A DNA stretch of 62,734 nucleotides, counting the filler, from Asterionella formosa (taxonomy: Eukaryota), in NCBI GenBank assembly GCA_002256025.1. It is 4 parts of 4 records of this genome, joined end to end, with 100 filler letters (N's around TTAATTAATTAA, not from the genome) between each part and the next. Parts side by side here need not be neighbours in the genome. Positions count along the whole stretch, not along the records: positions 41,026 to 61,379 come from NKIB01003383.1; positions 61,480 to 62,734 come from NKIB01003386.1; 2 more parts are not named here. One strand, 5' to 3'. The notes beneath the pieces are model-generated. The model was not told the DNA's origin. It searched no databases and saw nothing but the letters and a program-made list of their open reading frames with translations. Of this stretch, positions 57,011 to 62,734 are shown piece by piece. How positions within the stretch are numbered: the stretch's first letter is position 1; each line of letters starts with the position of its first letter. The translations under genes were made by a program, and so were the position numbers.

Positions 57011-57532
57011 CAGAGGTACACACCAGGTACCAGGTACTAATACCTATTTTTACCTTTTCCGGTTGTTCAATCTTGTGTACCAGGTTCCTGGTACCAGGTA
57101 CCTGCCTGTGGTACAGCACCCAGTACTCCTTTGCCATTTCTTTGTAATTCTTTCTGTAATCACGTGAAAATTAGTTGTTATTGTTGCGACGAGATCGAAT
57201 GAAACTGTCAACGAATCTCATTGATATCAAAGCTTGGCGCCTTGATTTTTGTTACCACTATCTTTGGTTCTTCTTTTGAAAGGTATGAGTGCTGCTGGAA
57301 GTTCGTTGAATTAATGAGCCCTTTGTAGAAGAACCAAATAATGACTAGAGAACGAATGTGATTTGTTCCAACTTCAGATTATGCAGTTCAGAACCACCCT
57401 GCTGCTGTCTCTTCAAAATGGGCGCCATTGGAATGCATTCCAGTAAGTCTCACTTCAATTTCTTCTCTATTTTCAGGCTTTGTGTTTTCAACCGAATTGT
57501 GTCGCTCGTGCACCATATTGTACATTTAAGCA

Positions 57533-58409
57533 ATGCCTTCCATGAAGAAAAAGACTACACCTAGAACTACCCGCCAGCCGCTTAGCGAGCGCTCCGTGAA
57601 CGTACCGTCCAATGTGGTGCCTATCAAAGGAAAGCAACAAAAGAGAGATAAGAATGATGATACTATCGTTGCTTTTGTAAGTTTTTCAGGGCATGTTACG
57701 GGATGCTTTTTCGTTCGTCTCGTTGAATATCTCTCGGATGGCGAGACTCACACAGCTAACTTTTGCGGTTCAGATTGTCGAAAAGAAGGACAGCAAAGTC
57801 CATTTGGCCATCAAAGATGAACGTACAGGTGCATATTCGTACAAGGAACGCAAGTCACATATTGCATTTGACCCTAGCCGTCATCGATTGGAATTCAAGT
57901 CGAACGTCTCCTCGAATGCCCAAAACGACGAGGAGCCCGGCCATCAAGACAGTGACACCGACCAAGTCGAGATCAGCGTGCCTTCTACCAAACGCGCCAA
58001 GTTGAAGAATGAGAAATTTTTTATCAGGAAACGAAAGGAACAAGTGAGGGATGACAAAGAGTCTTTACGCGAAATAGAGCAGTCGACAAACAAACGATCC
58101 AAGCGAACCACCACTACAACCAAGCGGTCCTACAAGGAAAACAATGAGTCGAGTGAGGACGAAGACAAAGAGGAGTCTGATTTTGAACAAGCACCGAAAA
58201 ATAAGAGGGTAAAACTACCATCACAACAAGTGTCAAAGAAACGCAAGCATGAGACAGCTCGTCACGATGATATCGCCAGTACAGGTCCTGAGAGCGATGA
58301 CGAAAGTCCTCACCGCTCCGCTTCTAAAAAGGCCGCATACGATCCATTTGCAACGGCAGCTTGGGAAGAAGGGGGCGATTGGCGATCTGCTGGCGCCATC
58401 GACTATTGA
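57533..58409 (+). CDS. Lys/Arg- and acid-rich hypothetical (nuclear?) protein; 2 exons (intron 57677-57773)
   Basis: A phase-0 GTAAG...CTAAC...CAG intron joins the two ORFs. NLS-like clusters; D-box-like RQPLSERSVN. Confidence 0.72.
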
Positions 58410-58746
58410 GCAAGTGTGGCTACTAGCAGCATTTCTTGTCCCGCATCAACGATACAAAGAGACAAATACAATCATCATAGAGATTTTGCCCAGAGCGATC
58501 CTTCTGTACTATCATCTTGAATCATTCATGATCATTCGATTTACCTGTAACAAATATAGCCTATAGCATCAACTCCATTCTTTGGATTCACCTGTAACTA
58601 ATATAGACTATAGCATTGACTCCATCCTTGCTGAGGCGTGCAATGTGACAATTCCACCCTTAATTTCTTTGTTCGACTAATCTCCGTGTGGTTCATTCAG
58701 TTTTAGTCACCAACGTTTCAACAACGCCTCATTGACTTTTTGGTTT

Positions 58747-59184
58747 TCATCGCACAGTCACACCTCGTTGCTCCAGGGCCTTCACCAACTGAGCATTCTG
58801 GTCTTTCAATGTATAAACGTCGTTGTAATATTGCGTATACAAGGCCTTTTGATCTTTTTGAAACTTGGCATTCAGCTTCTTCTTTAAATTTGAGGAATGG
58901 AACTTGCCACCCATCAACCAACCCAAACCAGTTGCCACACAAATGGGTCCCCATGGCATACCGCTGCATATTTGTGCGTGAGACAACCGCCACGTGTAAC
59001 ATACATATTTTCTCAAAGGTCTAGAGACTTACGGTTTTCCAACGTCCTTTTCTTGCTGTCTCATGGCATAGTCATGATACAAATTATCATTGGCGTAATC
59101 TTGATCATACTCTGCCTGGTATTGTTGGCTTTGAGCCAAGGCTAAGAAGGAAATCAATACAACGGTGACTACTCGACGCATCAT
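58747..59184 (-). CDS. Short paralog of 55633-56570 lacking EF-hands; 2 exons (intron 58964-59032)
   Basis: Shared D.LYHDYA..Q.EK and GGK.HS....KKL..KFQK(E/D)QKALYTQYYNDVY.L..QN; intron at an equivalent position and phase. Confidence 0.85.
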
Positions 59185-59471
59185 GGTCACGGTGTACATT
59201 TGATCGGTTTTGTAAATATTATTTTTTTATATTATATTATATAACATCACCCGTATGATATATGACATGTACAGCATCAAAAACATTGAATCGGGTAGTA
59301 ATTTACCGGTACTGGTACCTAGTCTACCGTACCGGTAGTCCAAATAAAGATATATGTGCAAATTAAAATGTGACACGTATAAAAATGTGCTGCAATTAAA
59401 CCCCTATGTAGCTCGAGGTAGGGTTGAAACAATATACGCTAATCAAGTCAGACTAGAGGTACGACTACCAG

Positions 59472-60017
59472 GGTACCAGTTAAAAATGGCTTCTTTGAGC
59501 CACATTATTATATCGTTTTCCGACTAATTCTAGATTTATGCTAAAATCAATCCCCTCTTTCGCCCTTTGGCACGATATTAGTTAGTTCATTAAGCTACAT
59601 GAGAATTAGATCGTTTCTTTACTTGAACATATGTTAACTGAGATCTATCCATTTTTAAAATGACCAAACCGGTCGAAGTGGCTCAAAGCCATTGATTAAA
59701 ATTTTAGCATACATGAAGTTATCTTTACAGGCGACGGTTAGAAAATATTATATCATTTGGTTGTTGCATCGTTTTTAGACTGATGGTATTCTTGTTGGTT
59801 CTGTCTCCTCGTATTTTTTCGCAGTAGTTGTTGCATCATTCTTGGACTTGTGGTCCTCCCATCATATCTTCTTGTTGTGTAATACTAGGAGCGACCAAAT
59901 GGTGCTGAGGAAGTGGCACCGTTGCTTACAGCAGTTGCAACTGGTACTGCAGCGTCGCCACGCATTATGGTGTCATGGAATCTGGTAAGTAGTAGCTGTT
60001 TCGTTGTTGGTAATGCG
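59472..60017 (+). repeat. Dispersed repeat incl. family C TIR element (59485-59693), homolog of 13503-14010
   Basis: Colinear similarity; TIR aatggcttctttgagccac / gtggctcaaagccatt. Confidence 0.8.
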
Positions 60018-60124
60018 CTTGCAGTACACTATTGTTAAAGAACTCGACAATTGTTGTGGAGGTTATGAAGTCGCACTTGTCCCCCTGAGGGCCTTAGACC
60101 TGCTTATTGTATAAACAAAGCAGG

Positions 60125-60189
60125 TGGATAATGCGGGAATCGAACTCGCTATTTTGGAAGGTGAGCTACCCAACTAAGCTATGATTCCC
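60125..60189 (-). repeat. Degenerate tRNA-derived element (A- and B-boxes, collapsed anticodon arm)
   Basis: Minus strand: gggaatcaTAGCTTAGTTGGgtagctcaccttccaaaatagcgaGTTCGATTCccgcattatcca. Confidence 0.6.
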
Positions 60190-61093
60190 CAGGATGATTG
60201 TGTAAATAAACAACACACAATAGTAATGGGAAAGAAGGAAATTATACATTTTACCCTTTTAACATTAGCTACCTATGAATTATCAAGATTCAAATACTAC
60301 AAATACAGTAAAGAATTATACATTCTGGGATATTCGCTATCGTTCTGGTAAGGAGAGTTTTCTGTTGTTCTAGTATGTTATGTTGCCGACTCTATCCTTT
60401 TAATAGTGGTTTGAGAGGTTGAAAGTTTTATGGCAAGTAGTTTGCAATCATACTATTTTACTCTGGTATTCCGCTCCATATCTTGAACCTTCTTTTCAAC
60501 TTTGAACCTATGAGCTTCATCACATTGCAACAAGTCCCTCTTCAGTGAAAATGCATTCTTGCCTTGTGTCTGCCTTATGAAATCTTTCTATAGCCTTTGG
60601 TATGTTTTAAATTGATCTCGATTAGTGCTGGTCTTGGCAACAGTTCTTGACAGCTTCGAAGGACTGTCCCTGTAATAAAGTGTCGAGACTGCTTTTAAAT
60701 TTGTTTGTAGTGGTTACTGAGACAGAAGCAGACCTGACACTTATCACCGCAAGCTCATGTTGGACAACAATTAATTGACCAGCATAGTACTGGTAGTTTT
60801 GATGTGCGCCTCCAGAGCATTTGAGGATGCATATTGGGCGCGCTCTGATAATAAATAATTATTGTATCATGTGTGCATTATAACACAAATTATTCTGGTG
60901 ATCTGCTACATAATATCGTCCTTGCGCTCTGATAATAGAGATATTTTAGATCACTTCTCTGACATTATATATATTTTTAAGTTTAATTTTCAACAGTTAA
61001 ATTTTCATATCGATGCATCCTCTTGTATGCTATGCCGCCTCTTGTTCATTATATGCACGAGTTCTATATATTCATCATCGTCGGTCACTGACC

Positions 61094-61379
61094 ATGTCGA
61101 CTTTCATCTCATCTCCTGATGATGATGATGATGATGACATTATGATCCCATTGCTACTGTTTGCAATGTGCTATCCACCAGTAAATAGGACGCCATCGTT
61201 CAGGGAAAGTTTGACTTTTGATGAGGTCAGAAGAAGAAGTGGCAAATCCGTCGCCACGCACTACAGCATCCATTATCGAGTCCATTCTGGACTTTGTTCA
61301 ACAGCAAGCATGATGATGCTCTGATTACCTTGTGTGGGTTTGACCATGCTTCTTTCGAGCTCCTACACCAGCTGTTCAA
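61094..61379 (+). mobile_element. PIF/Harbinger (DDE_Tnp_4-type) transposase N-terminus, frameshifted and cut by the gap
   Basis: ...EVRRRSGK/IRRHALQHPLSSPFWTLFNSKHDDALITLCGFDHASFELL resembles the N-terminus of stramenopile Harbinger transposases. Confidence 0.6.
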
Positions 61380-61479
61380 NNNNNNNNNNNNNNNNNNNNN
61401 NNNNNNNNNNNNNNNNNNNNNNNTTAATTAATTAANNNNNNNNNNNNNNNNNNNNNNNNNNNNNNNNNNNNNNNNNNNN
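61380..61479. other. Scaffold gap with artificial TTAATTAATTAA linker
   Basis: N-run, linker, N-run. Confidence 0.95.
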
Positions 61480-62734
61480 GGATTATTTCTTGCCGTGTAA
61501 TTTTCCATCTCTTGCAAGTTTGGATAAATATACCAATCATATCTGCTTCCCACATCCCGGGGAGGCACACGAAGCATGGGTGCCGCACAAGTGAAGAAAT
61601 CTTCTGGTAGCTTGTATTTTCCAATAAACCATCGGCCTAGGGCATAACGCTGGCAGAAATGGAACACCACTGGTAATTCATTCTGAGGCACTTTTGGTTC
61701 ACAACTATCTGCTCGACTGACACCCTTTAAGAATTCCCACCCCTCCGTGTCCTTCAAGCCAATGTCAGAAATCATGAAACCTTTGGCCAACTGATGAGGC
61801 AATCCGAGATGGGCTGCAGCCGTGCAGTAAGCATACATTTCTGACATGAACCCAGAAAAGCAATCATAATATCGCATAACATGAACGGTCCAAAGTTGCA
61901 CAATTGAGTACATATCTCGAGCCGTGGCTAAATAAGGTGGACCAGCTGGGTAGAGTTGTTCTGCCTCCTTATTGCTAACCTTCAGTGCGGGAGAACCCTC
62001 TCCAACAACGTACGTCATGTTTCCAAACTTATTGACCGATGTTTGCCAGCTGTTTCCAAATCCATACATGCTTGCCATTGGTTGTCCATGTGTGACTTCC
62101 AACTTGGTTTCAAGAAAATCATTTCCCCTCCAAATCCACGATGGATAGTCGTAAAAGGTATGTGTCAATGGTCGAAGCAACATCATGTCTGGGTCAAGAA
62201 GCATAATTATATCGTCATCGTGTTCTGAAGCCCCTCTTGGATAGCCAAGCTCATTCTCCATCCAATGCCGAATGCCATACGGTTTGTTGAAGTACTTTGT
62301 ATTTCCCGAAAAGTTGAAGTCTGGTGTTATGTGCAACTTGAAGTTGGAGGAAAGAACCTCAATCTGTTCCCTGTGCACTTGTTTCAACATTTTTGCCTCT
62401 TCATCTGTGCATCCAGACGCGATTCTAGTAACAGTTCCGGTTTGCTTAACTTTCCATGCAAAGTAGAAAAACGCAATTGATTGCCAGTCTTGAAATGGCG
62501 AGCAAGATGTTGAAAACACCATGTGGTACTCTTTAAGTGTTTCTCCTCCTCCTCCAAAAGCCTTCTCATTTCGTGTCTTAGTGCCAAATGGTTTACTCTG
62601 AGGCGGGTCATGAGTGGACATCTGTGCATGAAGCATATAGATGGCAGTGGCAAGCATGGCAAAGCACAGGGAAATAAAAATCACTAGAATCAACGTGATG
62701 CTGACGTTCTTTGGTTTCTTCTTCGTCAATGATT
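61480..62734 (-). CDS. SGT1/HPAT-like (peptidyl-Ser galactosyl- / Hyp arabinosyl-transferase-like) type II glycosyltransferase, partial at both ends
   Basis: TM, then YHMVFSTSC..FQDWQS, GTVTRIASGC, YFNKPYGIRHW, LLDPDM (DxD), GPPY and SEMYAY..AAAHLGLPH. Confidence 0.85.

Noticed and set aside
58542..58626. Local ~47-bp tandem duplication (similar ones at 26347-26424 and 42693-42752)
   Set aside because: Ordinary slippage-type duplications with no further structure.
8882..62734. A functional cell-wall/glycosylation gene cluster
   Set aside because: The genes are interspersed with unrelated housekeeping genes and separated by three gaps; such genes are common in diatom genomes.

Overview
This is eukaryotic nuclear DNA, most likely from a pennate diatom. 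That assignment is an inference from the short GT-AG introns with CTAAC branch sites, RXL-motif secreted proteins, a bipartite plastid-type leader and CoDi-like copia remnants. The window is a scaffold with three 100-bp gaps, each containing an artificial TTAATTAATTAA linker. About 19 host genes are present: a Q-rich coiled-coil protein, an ankyrin plus Methyltransf_16 fusion, RED/IK, two Pro-rich secreted proteins, a multipass membrane protein, an internally duplicated type II membrane protein, a Borealin-like protein, TVP15/COPI-associated protein, a membrane-anchored Tricorn/S41 protease, an ankyrin protein, RAD52, RPLP1, an organellar DEAD-box helicase, a pair of Tyr/Asp-rich single-pass paralogs (one with EF-hands), a basic nuclear protein and an SGT1/HPAT-like glycosyltransferase. 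Gene islands alternate with blocks of decayed transposons (copia, gypsy, PIF/Harbinger, pogo/DDE_1-like, MITEs, tRNA-derived repeats). The most notable observations are: (1) (GGTACCW)n / TACCGGTA palindromic arrays sit just upstream of most genes, and two MITE families have inserted into them; (2) a prokaryote-type Tricorn protease carries a membrane anchor and a diatom-style RXL/Ser-Gly-Tyr insert; (3) the two paralogs form an EF-hand / no-EF-hand pair; (4) a Yar1-like ankyrin is fused to a methyltransferase. All family calls come from motif recognition by eye; no database search was run.
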